Source of the DNA: Pseudomonadota bacterium
Lineage (GTDB): Bacteria; Desulfobacterota; Syntrophia; Syntrophales; UBA8958
Length of the DNA stretch: 64,000 nucleotides
NCBI GenBank assembly: GCA_030057915.1
Contig: JASGUC010000036.1
Location: 21,511 to 85,510 of the forward strand
Direction: 5' to 3'
In this document: one piece after another, positions 53,456 through 62,131 of the stretch
Position numbering within the stretch: the stretch's first letter is position 1
How the letters are laid out: every line of letters begins with the position of its first letter
Made by a program: the position numbers and the translations under genes
Notes under the pieces: generated by a model
Told to the model about the DNA's origin: nothing
What the model saw: only the letters and a program-made list of their open reading frames with translations
Databases searched by the model: none

Positions 53456-54820
53456 TTAGCGCTTGTTGTTTAAGGCGTCCTCGATTTCCTCGGAGAGGTT
53501 TTTTAGCTTCCCGTCGGTCTCTATCAACTTCCCGATCTTCTTGCAGGCGTAAATCACCGTGGAGTGATCGCGGCCGCCGATCCGTTCGCCGATATCGGGA
53601 AAGGAGGAGTTGGTCAACTTCCGTGCCAGGTGCATGCACATCTGCCTTGCCGCCACGATGTTTTTGTTTTTCTTGTGAGATTTTATGTCCGAAGTCTTGA
53701 CCCCATATTTGGCGCTTACCGCTTTGACGATGTCTTCGATGGATATTTCCGCCCGGACGTTCGTGCGGATCATGTGCTTGAGGACCTCCCGGACCAGCTC
53801 GATGTCGATTTCCCGCCGCTTGAGGGAGGAGTAGGCCAGGATCCGCAGAAGAAAGCCCTCCATTTCCCGAATGTTCGACTCGGCGTTGGAGGCGATGTAA
53901 TAGGCAACGTTTTCCGGCAGATCTATGTTGTTTTCATTCGCCTTTTTTTCTATGATGGCGACCTTGGTCTCGATGTCCGGCGGCTGGATATCGGCGATGA
54001 GGCCCCATTCGAAGCGATTGCGGATTCGGTTTTCCAGATTGGGAATTTCCTTGGGAAACTTGTCGCTGGTGACGACGATCTGTCTGCCCGCGTCATGGAG
54101 GGTGTTGAAGGTATGAAAGAACTCCTCCTGGGTCCTCTCCTTGCCGGCGATGAACTGGATGTCGTCCATGAGCAGGCAGTCGATGTTGCGGTATTTGTCC
54201 CGGAAGCCCGGCATCTTGTCGTCCCGGATGCACTTGATCAGTTCGTTCATGAAGGATTCGGCGGATACATAGACGATATTCAGGTGGGGGAAGAGATCAA
54301 GGGCCTTCATGCCGATGGCGTTGAGGAGGTGGGTCTTCCCCAGCCCGACGCCCCCGTAGATGAACAGGGGATTGTAGCTCTTTACCGCCTGTTCCGTCTG
54401 TTCCGCCACGGCCATGGCGGCGGCATGGGCGAACTGATTCGAGGCGCCGATGACGAAACGCTCGAAGGTATATTTGATGTTGAGGGAGGTCGAAGGCTTG
54501 CCGCGGGCGCCTTTTCGGGGTGTCCTGTCGTCCCGGACCGCGGGAAGGGTGGCGCTTGCCTTGTCCGGCTCCTTCTTTTCCGGGGCCACGACCACCAGAT
54601 CGACCTGATAGGCGCGTCCCGTCGCCGCCCGGAAGGAATCGACGATCACGTCGTAGTGATTTTCCAGCACCCAGTCCCGGAAGAAGCGATTGGGCACGGA
54701 GAAGCGGACGGTCTGTTCATCCATGGACATGATCTTGAGGGGTTTTATCCAGGTCTCAAAATTGTGTTCATTAATGTTTTCTTTTATTATTTTATATACT
54801 TCCGTCAACTTCTGATGCAA
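53456..54820 (-). CDS. dnaA: chromosomal replication initiator DnaA
   Basis: 454 aa with Walker A GGVGLGKTHLL and the C-terminal DNA-binding block GGRDHSTVIYA. Apparent TTG start. Confidence 0.96.
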   Translation of the reverse strand: MHQKLTEVYKIIKENINEHNFETWIKPLKIMSMDEQTVRFSVPNRFFRDWVLENHYDVIVDSFRAATGRAYQVDLVVVAPEKKEPDKASATLPAVRDDRTPRKGARGKPSTSLNIKYTFERFVIGASNQFAHAAAMAVAEQTEQAVKSYNPLFIYGGVGLGKTHLLNAIGMKALDLFPHLNIVYVSAESFMNELIKCIRDDKMPGFRDKYRNIDCLLMDDIQFIAGKERTQEEFFHTFNTLHDAGRQIVVTSDKFPKEIPNLENRIRNRFEWGLIADIQPPDIETKVAIIEKKANENNIDLPENVAYYIASNAESNIREMEGFLLRILAYSSLKRREIDIELVREVLKHMIRTNVRAEISIEDIVKAVSAKYGVKTSDIKSHKKNKNIVAARQMCMHLARKLTNSSFPDIGERIGGRDHSTVIYACKKIGKLIETDGKLKNLSEEIEDALNNKR

Positions 54821-54874
54821 TTTACCCGCCCCTTGTCAACAACTTTATCAACACATGTTGATGTCTTTTCGTTT

Positions 54875-55738
54875 CTATGTCGTGCCTATCTCGTCGAGCA
54901 ACCTGAAGATTCGGTTCAGTTCGTCTCCGGAGGAGAAACGGATCTCGATGGCCCCCGATCTCTGGCCCGGCCGGATATGCACCGCCGTCATGAGGCGCTC
55001 GGTGAGCCGCCTTTCCATGTCGAGGATATAGATGTCCTTTTTTCTTGTCCTTTCCGATGTCTTCGCCGCGGATTTCTTCATGTGAGCGACAAGCTTTTCC
55101 GTTCCCCGGACATTGAGGTCCCGATCCAGGATCAACTTCAGGGCCTGCACCTGGAGGGCGGCGTCCCCCAGGGAGAGGAGGGCCCGGGCATGGCCACTCG
55201 TGATCGTCTTGGCGGCGAGGGCCTTTTTCACCTCCCCTGGCAGCTTCAGTAACCGCAGGGTGTTGGCCACGGTGGAACGATCCTTGCCGATCCGGGCGGC
55301 AATATCCTCCTGGAGGAGGCCGAAGCGCCCGGTGAGGATCTGGTAGGCCTCCGCCTCTTCGATGGGATTGAGGGATTCCCGCTGGAGATTCTCGATGAGG
55401 GACAATTCCGCTATTTCCTGATCCTCGGCGCCGCGGATGATGATCGGCACCTCCTTGAGACCGGCCTGCTGGGCGGCCCGCCACCTCCTTTCGCCGACGA
55501 TTATCTCGTAGCCTGGTTCGCTTCTCCGGACGACTATCGGCTGAATTATTCCACTTTTCTTAATGGAATCGACGAGTTCCTGTTGTTCCTTCTCCGGAAA
55601 GGACTTACGGGGTTGAAAGCGGTTCGGGGTGAGTTCCTCGATTCCGCACATAACGAAGGCGGGCCTGTTCTCCAGCCCTTTGAGAAGATCGGGGAAGATC
55701 GCCCCGAGCCCCTTGCCGAGGGACGGTTTTGCGGTCAT
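54875..55738 (-). CDS. parB: chromosome partitioning protein ParB
   Basis: MTAKPSLGKGLGAIF and the GERRWRAA box. The start is taken from the ORF-track frame (Met36 of ORF 54875..55843) and overlaps the parA stop. Confidence 0.92.
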   Translation of the reverse strand: MTAKPSLGKGLGAIFPDLLKGLENRPAFVMCGIEELTPNRFQPRKSFPEKEQQELVDSIKKSGIIQPIVVRRSEPGYEIIVGERRWRAAQQAGLKEVPIIIRGAEDQEIAELSLIENLQRESLNPIEEAEAYQILTGRFGLLQEDIAARIGKDRSTVANTLRLLKLPGEVKKALAAKTITSGHARALLSLGDAALQVQALKLILDRDLNVRGTEKLVAHMKKSAAKTSERTRKKDIYILDMERRLTERLMTAVHIRPGQRSGAIEIRFSSGDELNRIFRLLDEIGTT

Positions 55739-56508
55739 TACAGCCTCCCATTCTGCATGATCTCCCGGGCCAGCTCCATATAGGCGGCGGCACCCCGGGA
55801 TTTGATATCGTAAAGGACGATGGGGAGTCCGTGGCTCGGACACTCCGATAGCCTTACGTTGCGGGGGATGACGGTATCGAAGACCAGGCGTCCGAAGTGA
55901 TTCCGCACATCCTCGCTGACCCGGTGCGACAGCAGGTTACGGGAGTCGAACATGGTCAGGAGTATCCCCCCGAGGTTAAGGTCCGGATTGAAGCTCTGGC
56001 GGACGAGCCGGACGGTGTTGAGGAGATTGCCGAGACCCTCCATGGCGAAGTATTCGCATTGCAGCGGGACGATGAGGCTGTCCGCCGCCGCCAGGGCGTT
56101 GATGGTCAAAAAGCCCAAGGAGGGGGGGCAATCGAGGATGACATATCGATAATCCTTACATGAGTCTTCCAGGAGGCGTCGCAGACGCTTCTCCCGGTCG
56201 GCCATCGCGACGAACTCCACCTCCACCCCGACGAGGTTCTGATCCGCCGGGGCCACGCTGAGAAAGGGGAGGGCGGTCTCGCGGACGATCTCCCCCAGGG
56301 AGCACTGCCCCAGCAGACCGTGGTAGATGTTCCGTTCCCGAATGGCCTCCCTTTCCATCCCCACCCCGGTGGAGGCGTTGCCCTGGGAGTCGCAATCGAT
56401 AAGCAGGGTGCGCTGTTCCGCCGTGGCCAGGGAAGCGGCAAGGTTGATGGCCGTGGTGGTCTTTCCCACCCCTCCTTTCTGATTGGCGATACCGATGATT
56501 TTACGCAT
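55738..56508 (-). CDS. parA: chromosome partitioning ATPase ParA/Soj
   Basis: 256 aa with deviant Walker A NQKGGVGKTTT. Confidence 0.95.
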   Translation of the reverse strand: MRKIIGIANQKGGVGKTTTAINLAASLATAEQRTLLIDCDSQGNASTGVGMEREAIRERNIYHGLLGQCSLGEIVRETALPFLSVAPADQNLVGVEVEFVAMADREKRLRRLLEDSCKDYRYVILDCPPSLGFLTINALAAADSLIVPLQCEYFAMEGLGNLLNTVRLVRQSFNPDLNLGGILLTMFDSRNLLSHRVSEDVRNHFGRLVFDTVIPRNVRLSECPSHGLPIVLYDIKSRGAAAYMELAREIMQNGRL

Positions 56509-56629
56509 TATTTTTTAAAGTTTTTTCCAGGACTTAAAGATTGACTCATCAGGGCGGAGACTACCACAAAGCGGACCTTTTTGGAAGCCCCTTTTTTTTA
56601 AAAAACCCTAATTTAATATCTTGAAATGA

Positions 56630-57355
56630 TTAAGTTACTTCTCGAACGTCCCGGCGGGTGGATTTACCCGGCGCCGACACCTTCCGAAAGATGGTTATTA
56701 CCCGGGGATAACCCCGGATGGGAAGGCGAAGGGAGATGGTTTTTTCCCGCCGTAGGTGACAAGGGACGACCGGGTCCGCCGCTGTCCGGGGTCCCCGCAT
56801 GACCAGAAGCAGCCCTCCGGGGCGGAGAAAATGGACGCCCATCGCCAGGAGTTCCGCCGTCGGGAAGGCGGCCCGGGAAGTGACGACGTCGTAACGCCCC
56901 GCCCGCTGTCCCGCCTGCATTACCGCCTCCACCCGCTCCGGGATGACTTCCACCCCGGTCAGCCCGAGTTTACGGATCGCCTCCCGGAGAAAGGAAACCT
57001 TTTTTCTCGATATTTCCAGGAGATGCAGCTCGATATCCGGACGGACGATCTTCAGGGGCAGGCCCGGAAAGCCCCCCCCCGCGCCGAGGTCGAGGAGGAG
57101 CGGCCCCTTCTCCCCGGGGAGATGGGGAAGGAGGGAGAGGGAATCGAGGAAATGCTTCACGATGACATCCAGCGGCGATTTCACCGCCACGAGGCTGACC
57201 AGGCGCCTCCAGCGGGCCAGCTCCTCCCCATAGGCGGCGAAACGGTGCAGCTCCGCCGCGGCGAGGGAGATCCCCATGGCCGCCGCTCCTTCCCGGAGCG
57301 CCTGGAGGGGTTCTCGGGCGTCTTCGTCGCGCCGCTCAGCGCCGGTAATTCTCAT
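56630..57355 (-). CDS. rsmG: 16S rRNA (guanine527-N7)-methyltransferase RsmG (GidB)
   Basis: SAM motif LDLGAGGGFPGLPL. The N-terminal LQALREGAAAMGISL resembles the usual RsmG N-terminus, which favours ATG 57355. The alternative ATG 57277 has a better SD (GGAAGGAG). Confidence 0.86.
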   Translation of the reverse strand: MRITGAERRDEDAREPLQALREGAAAMGISLAAAELHRFAAYGEELARWRRLVSLVAVKSPLDVIVKHFLDSLSLLPHLPGEKGPLLLDLGAGGGFPGLPLKIVRPDIELHLLEISRKKVSFLREAIRKLGLTGVEVIPERVEAVMQAGQRAGRYDVVTSRAAFPTAELLAMGVHFLRPGGLLLVMRGPRTAADPVVPCHLRREKTISLRLPIRGYPRVITIFRKVSAPGKSTRRDVREVT

Positions 57356-58256
57356 CGAGGAGTTCGTTGATGCTTTCCATGATGACCTGCGTGGCCCCCT
57401 CGAAGCGCTCCTGATACCGCTGCTGGGAAGACCGGGACAGGAGCTGGAAAGGGGCGTCGATGCGGAACGGCTGGAGGCGGTCGGCGATGGACAGGGGCTT
57501 CCCGACGCGATAGACGATCCGGCCCGTCCGGGCGAAAGGGAGGCTGTCGGGATACACCTGATCGGAATTATTGCAGCCCACGGGCACTACTTTCTTCCCG
57601 GTGTGGAGGGCCACCTGGGCGATCCCCGTCTTTCCCTCCCCCAACTGGGCCCCCCGGGTGCCCTCGGGGAAGATGATGAGACTAAGTTCCCGCTCGAAGA
57701 GGGCGATCCGGGTCAAATCCGCCACCTTCGCCATGATCCGTTCGTAAAAGTCCCGGAGGAACCCGGCGAAGTCGGGTCCGAAGCATTCGTTCGTGGCGGC
57801 GAGATTGGCGGCATGGACCTCCGTCCCCTCATCCTTGCCGTCGATGGCGTCCCGGATGCGCCGATAGAGATCCCGGTCGATCCGCCGGGCATGCCTCTGG
57901 GTATAAAATTCCTCGATCAAATATCCCAGGGAGGGCACGGGGATGAGGTTGCAGGAATCCAGCCCCTTGCCGAGCCATTTGTTCCGGTAATACTTGCCCT
58001 TTACCCAGACCGTTGTCCAGTTGTACCTCTTGAGCCGCCATAATTTATACTGGAAGGGCCAGTAGTTGAACCGATCGGTGTGGTTCATGGCAAAGATGAC
58101 GTTTTCGCCCTGGGGGATGTTTTCCCTGTTTTCCAGAACGATATCGACCTTTTGAAAGATGTTGTAATTGGGGCCCAGGAAGAACGTCCCCAGAAAGCGC
58201 TGCATCTGGGGTATCCTGACCAGGTTGATGTTGTCGAGATACTCGAGATCGACCAT
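57336..58256 (-). CDS. PlsC-family (lysophospholipid) acyltransferase-like protein
   Basis: Blocks AMNHTDRFN and IIFPEGTRG. ATG 58256 preferred over the track's TTG 58271. Confidence 0.65.
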   Translation of the reverse strand: MVDLEYLDNINLVRIPQMQRFLGTFFLGPNYNIFQKVDIVLENRENIPQGENVIFAMNHTDRFNYWPFQYKLWRLKRYNWTTVWVKGKYYRNKWLGKGLDSCNLIPVPSLGYLIEEFYTQRHARRIDRDLYRRIRDAIDGKDEGTEVHAANLAATNECFGPDFAGFLRDFYERIMAKVADLTRIALFERELSLIIFPEGTRGAQLGEGKTGIAQVALHTGKKVVPVGCNNSDQVYPDSLPFARTGRIVYRVGKPLSIADRLQPFRIDAPFQLLSRSSQQRYQERFEGATQVIMESINELLDENYRR

Positions 58257-58267
58257 GCCGTTGAACC

Positions 58268-59056
58268 TCAATCGATAGTTGCATCCGCCGCCGGACGGCG
58301 GCGGGCGTTCCCCTCCGTCTCCGAACCGAGGAGGATGGCGCGGACCCGCGCCAGATCCGCCGGGGTATCCACCTCCACGGAGTCGTGAATGGTTTCGACG
58401 ACCTTTATCCGGTAGCCGTGTTCCAGGGCCCGGAGCTGCTCCAGGGCCTCCAGGCGCTCCAGTCTCCCCACCGGCAGCGCCGCGAAGGTCCGAAGGAAAT
58501 GGCGCCGGTAGGCGTAGATCCCGTGGTGCTTGTAATAGTCGGCCTTTACGCCCCGGTCCCGGACAAAGGGGATCGTGGCCCGGGAAAAATAGAGGGCGAA
58601 GCCCCGCTGATCACAGACCGTCTTCACGGCATGGGGGTGGCCGATTTCCTCCTCCCGGATGATGCGATAGATGAGGGTGGCCATGGGGATGGCCGGGTCT
58701 TCCAGGAGGGGCCGCGTCACCTCCTCGATCTGGGCGGGATTGAAGAGGGGCTGATCCCCCTGGATGTTCACGACGATGTCCTCGTCGGCCAGCCCCAGGA
58801 GCGTGGCCGCCTCGTGGATCCGGTCCGTTCCCGAGGGGTGGGCCGCCGCCGTCAATACGGCCCGCCCGCCGAAGGCCGTGACGGCGTCGTATATCCGCCG
58901 GTCGTCCGTGGCCACGACGACGAGGGAAACCAGCTCCGAAGCCCGGACGCGCTCATGGACATGCTGGATCATGGGCCTGCCCAGGAGATCCGCCAGGGGT
59001 TTGCCGGGGAACCGCGACGATTCGTATCGGGAGGGAACAATGCAGACGAGGTTCAT
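58268..59056 (-). CDS. kdsB: 3-deoxy-manno-octulosonate cytidylyltransferase (CMP-KDO synthetase)
   Basis: MNLVCIVPSRYESSRFPGKPL... Start at ATG 59056; the track ORF extends to 59137. Confidence 0.92.
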   Translation of the reverse strand: MNLVCIVPSRYESSRFPGKPLADLLGRPMIQHVHERVRASELVSLVVVATDDRRIYDAVTAFGGRAVLTAAAHPSGTDRIHEAATLLGLADEDIVVNIQGDQPLFNPAQIEEVTRPLLEDPAIPMATLIYRIIREEEIGHPHAVKTVCDQRGFALYFSRATIPFVRDRGVKADYYKHHGIYAYRRHFLRTFAALPVGRLERLEALEQLRALEHGYRIKVVETIHDSVEVDTPADLARVRAILLGSETEGNARRRPAADATID

Positions 59057-59147
59057 CTTGGCATCCCGCTCGACCGGCCGCCCCCCCGTGGATTGGAGAG
59101 AAAGATGCATATGTTCGAATATATAGGCATGTGCCAATACAACCCGC

Positions 59148-59260
59148 GAGACCTATGAAAAACGCCGCCTCGGGCGCCCTGTCGTCATGCCGGCGGAAGC
59201 CGGGGGAGCGTATTCTCGAGGAGTTCCAACCCCCGAATCCCGCCGGGGCGACAGGACGGT
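59148..59260 (-). repeat. R1 repeat, reverse copy truncated at its inner end, head-to-head with the next copy
   Basis: GAGACCTATGAAAAACGCCGCC...CATGCCGGCGGAAGCCGGGGG...GGGGCGACAGGA. Confidence 0.7.
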
Positions 59261-59416
59261 GAGACCTTTGGGAAACTACCCTTTCCTGTCGCCCCGGCAA
59301 AAGCCCGGGGGCCGTAATTCTTTACAAACACCGCATTCCAGCTTCGGTTGGAGCGACGACGGAGAGTCCCAAACGCCGTTTTTCTCGGCTCTTGAAGCGT
59401 GGATTTTCAAAGCGCT
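59261..59416 (+). repeat. R1 repeat, forward copy (right end degenerate)
   Basis: GAGACCTTTGGGAAACTACCCTTTCCTGTCGCCCCGGCAAAAGCCCGGGGGCC...ATTTTCAAAGCGCTC. Confidence 0.65.
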
Positions 59417-59485
59417 CCCCATAGGGAACGGGAGGCCATCCGTCAACCGGAAAAGGAGCGACCGCCGTCCCGTTCGGGTCGGGGA

Positions 59486-60457
59486 TTACAAATACGGATC
59501 GGGCTGCCGCAGGTGACCGGTGATATAATCCCGCACGGAGTCTTCCAGGGGACGGAAGGTCACGGGGCAGCCCGCGGCGGAGAGCTTGTCCATCCTCGCC
59601 TCGGTAAAATACTGGTACTGCTCCTCCAGGCCGGGGGGCATGTCGATGTATTCGATCCGCTCCTCGATACCCATGGCCGCGAAGGCGGCCCGCGCCAGGT
59701 CGTTCCAGGTCCGGGCCTTGCCTGTTCCTACATTGAAGATCCCCCCCACGCCCGGGTTTTCCAGAAGCCACCACATCACCTCCACGCAGTCCTTTACATA
59801 CACGAAATCGCGCAGTTGACCACCATCGACGTAGGCGGCGCGGCGGGATTTGAATAGCCGGACCGTCCCCGTGGCCTCGATCTGTCCCCAGGCCTTGTGG
59901 ACGACGCTCCGCATGTCCCCCTTGTGGTACTCGTTGGGGCCGAAGACATTGAAGAATTTCAGCCCCGCGACGGTCGTCTCCAGACGCCGCTTCAGGACCC
60001 AGAGGTCGAAGACCTGTTTGGAATAGCCGTACATGTTGATGGGCTTCAGGGCGGGGGTGACGGCGTCGTCGTCGGAGAAGCCCTGGGCGCCGTCCCCGTA
60101 AGTGGCGGCGGAGCTGGCGTAGATGAAGCGGATGCCGTTCCGGACGCACCAGTCGGCGAGACGACAGGAGTAGAGATAGTTGTTCCGCCAGAGATAGTCC
60201 GCATCCCGCTCCGTCGTGGAGGAGCAGGCCCCCAGATGAACGACCGCCCGGGTGACGAAGGGGACCTGGTCGGCATAGATCATCTGGAGGAAGTCGTCCT
60301 TGTGGATGTATTCGATATAACGTCGGTTGACGAGATTCTTCCACTTCTCCGAGGAACCCAGCCTATCCACGATGACGATGTCTTCGATGCCCTGTTGGTT
60401 AAGTTTCCATACAAAGGCGCTGCCGATGAAGCCCGCGCCCCCGGTGACCACGATCAT
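59486..60457 (-). CDS. hldD: ADP-L-glycero-D-manno-heptose 6-epimerase
   Basis: MIVVTGGAGFIGS Rossmann start, ~323 aa, HldD-like throughout. GGAGGAG lies upstream of ATG 60457. Confidence 0.9.
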   Translation of the reverse strand: MIVVTGGAGFIGSAFVWKLNQQGIEDIVIVDRLGSSEKWKNLVNRRYIEYIHKDDFLQMIYADQVPFVTRAVVHLGACSSTTERDADYLWRNNYLYSCRLADWCVRNGIRFIYASSAATYGDGAQGFSDDDAVTPALKPINMYGYSKQVFDLWVLKRRLETTVAGLKFFNVFGPNEYHKGDMRSVVHKAWGQIEATGTVRLFKSRRAAYVDGGQLRDFVYVKDCVEVMWWLLENPGVGGIFNVGTGKARTWNDLARAAFAAMGIEERIEYIDMPPGLEEQYQYFTEARMDKLSAAGCPVTFRPLEDSVRDYITGHLRQPDPYL

Positions 60458-60582
60458 ACCCGCGCTCCTCCCACGCAATCCCGCCAATGATCAGGGAATG
60501 GCCTCGAAAAGCCCCTTCCCGCCCTCGGTCCTTCAGACCCCATGGCGCCCCGCCCTCCGTGCTCCGTCCTCAATATCGCTCC

Positions 60583-60659
60583 GCACTTTGCACTTTGCAC
60601 TTTGCCCTTCGCACCTCGCACTTTGCCTTTCGCCCTTAGCCCTTAGCCCTTTGCCCTCA
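60583..60659. repeat. array of 11 degenerate heptamers GC(A/C)CTT(T/C/A)
   Basis: GCACTTT GCACTTT GCACTTT GCCCTTC GCACCTC GCACTTT GCCTTTC GCCCTTA GCCCTTA GCCCTTT GCCCTCA, read directly from the sequence. Confidence 0.85.
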
Positions 60660-60688
60660 TCGCTAGGCAGGTTTCCTCCCTTCGCACC

Positions 60689-60744
60689 TGTCCTCCATGC
60701 TCCGCACTTCGCGCCCTGTCCTCCGTGCTCCGCACTTCGCACCC
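60689..60744. repeat. 28-bp tandem direct repeat, followed by two more GCCCTTA units
   Basis: TGTCCTCCATGCTCCGCACTTCGCGCCC / TGTCCTCCGTGCTCCGCACTTCGCACCC. Confidence 0.85.
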
Positions 60745-60767
60745 CGCCCTTAGCCCTTAGCCTTCCC

Positions 60768-61970
60768 TCACATCCGGCGCGCCGCTTTCGCGATCCCCTC
60801 CTGAAGCCGCTCCAGCCTTTCCGCCGGCAGCTTGACGGGGATGGCCATGAAGAGGGTCCGTCCCAGCAATTCCTCCGCCCTGGGGATTATCCGGATGCTA
60901 TAGTCAACCTTTCCCCGCCAGCCCGGGTAGGTGAAGGGGTACTTCTTGGAATTCGCCGTGCTCCAGGCGATGAGATGCTCCCAGTTCGGGACGTAGTGCC
61001 ACTTGTTTTTCTTGAAGAGGACCGCGTCGATCTTCTCTTCTCCCAGCAGGGACTGGAATCTCTCCGTGGCGGCGGCGTCGGGAAGATGGAACCCCAGGAA
61101 GGTGGCGGTGTCGCCATCCGGATCGGGGATGTTGCGGAACGTCAAACCCGGAACCTGCCCAAGGGCGTCCTTGAGGGCCGCCTTGTTTTGCCGTTGCGCC
61201 GCGATGATCTCCGGGAGTTTCCGGAACTGGGCCAGCCCCAGGGCCCCCTGGAGTTCGTTCATCCGGTAGTTGAAGCCCAGCAGGGGATGGTCCTCCTGGG
61301 CCCGGTGAATCTTGGGATTATGATCGTGGCCGTGGTCGTGATACCAGTCGGCCCGCTTGTAGAGGTCCTCCCGATCGGTGACGATCATACCGCCCTCGCC
61401 GGTCGTGATGGTCTTGTTGAAATCGAAGCTGAAGATGCCCATATCCCCGAAGGCGCCAAGCTTTTTCCCCCGGAAGGAGGCCCCGACGGCTTGGGCGGCG
61501 TCTTCCAGGACCAGGAGATGGGACTTCCGGGCCACCTCGACGATCCGGTCGATATTCGCCGGGGCGCCGCACATGTGGACGGGGATGACCGCCTTGGTGT
61601 AAGGGGTCATCTTGTTGATGATATCGTCGGGGTCAAGGTTCAGAGAGGCGTCGATGTCCGCCATGATCGGGATGGCCCCCACCTCGAGGACCGCCTCGTA
61701 GGTGGCGATGAAGGTGAAGGCCGGGCAGATGACCTCGTCGCCGGGACCCACGTCCAGGGCCGTGAGGGCCACCTTGAGAGCCGCCGATCCGGAGGTGACC
61801 CCTAGGGCGTGGGCGGTGCCGCAGGCGGCGGCGAATTCCTCCTCGAACTGCCGGACCTTGAAGACCCCCTTGCGTTCCGCGTCAAAACCGTAACGCATCA
61901 GGATGCCCGTCTCCATGACGTCCATGACTTCCTTTATCTCTTCCTTGCCGAATGCCTCATAGCCGGCCAT
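60768..61970 (-). CDS. DegT/DnrJ/EryC1/StrS-family PLP-dependent sugar aminotransferase
   Basis: 400 aa with the family-typical N-terminal region and length. GGAGG lies upstream of the ATG. Confidence 0.85.
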   Translation of the reverse strand: MAGYEAFGKEEIKEVMDVMETGILMRYGFDAERKGVFKVRQFEEEFAAACGTAHALGVTSGSAALKVALTALDVGPGDEVICPAFTFIATYEAVLEVGAIPIMADIDASLNLDPDDIINKMTPYTKAVIPVHMCGAPANIDRIVEVARKSHLLVLEDAAQAVGASFRGKKLGAFGDMGIFSFDFNKTITTGEGGMIVTDREDLYKRADWYHDHGHDHNPKIHRAQEDHPLLGFNYRMNELQGALGLAQFRKLPEIIAAQRQNKAALKDALGQVPGLTFRNIPDPDGDTATFLGFHLPDAAATERFQSLLGEEKIDAVLFKKNKWHYVPNWEHLIAWSTANSKKYPFTYPGWRGKVDYSIRIIPRAEELLGRTLFMAIPVKLPAERLERLQEGIAKAARRM

Positions 61971-61999
61971 GTTATGTCCTCCTTGTAAGTTTTCGGTTT

Positions 62000-62100
62000 G
62001 AGACCTTTGAGAAATGCCGTTTCCTAAGTTCCCGCCGCCATGCTGGTGGAAGCGCGAGTCCCAAATCCCCTCGGCGGCGACGCCGGGAAGCCGATTTCTC
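62000..62100 (-). repeat. R1 repeat, degenerate reverse copy
   Basis: GAGACCTTTGAGAAATGCCG...CCGCCGCCATGCTGGTGGAAGCG...GATTTCTC. Confidence 0.5.
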
Positions 62101-62131
62101 GCCGCCGTCGGCCCGCGGCCTCGAAGCCGCG

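Noticed and set aside
55676-55804. When I count bases in the printed lines, the T runs near 55679-55681 and 55800-55803 look like 2 and 4 Ts. The ORF-track translations of parA, parB and three overlapping ORFs require 3 and 3. That would be a compensating -1/+1 pair around the parA-parB junction.
   Set aside because: All five track ORFs crossing this stretch agree with each other and give intact ParA and ParB. The most likely explanation is my manual counting, so I used the track coordinates (parB start 55738, overlapping the parA stop).
54821-56629. parS sites (TGTTTCACGTGAAACA) near parAB.
   Set aside because: Scanning by eye found no convincing 16-bp palindrome. The only half-site-like string (GTTTCACGT, about 47975) lies inside gyrA and lacks the second arm.
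56509-56629. The AT-rich rsmG-parA spacer as an alternative oriC.
   Set aside because: No DnaA-box-like 9-mers better than 5/9 were found. The A/T palindrome TTTTTTTTAAAAAA more likely belongs to the rsmG terminator or the parA promoter region.
60533-60742. 69-aa ORF across the heptamer satellite.
   Set aside because: Its sequence (repeated AKC/GQS/KG motifs) is simply the translation of the periodic DNA repeat. It has no SD and no independent support.
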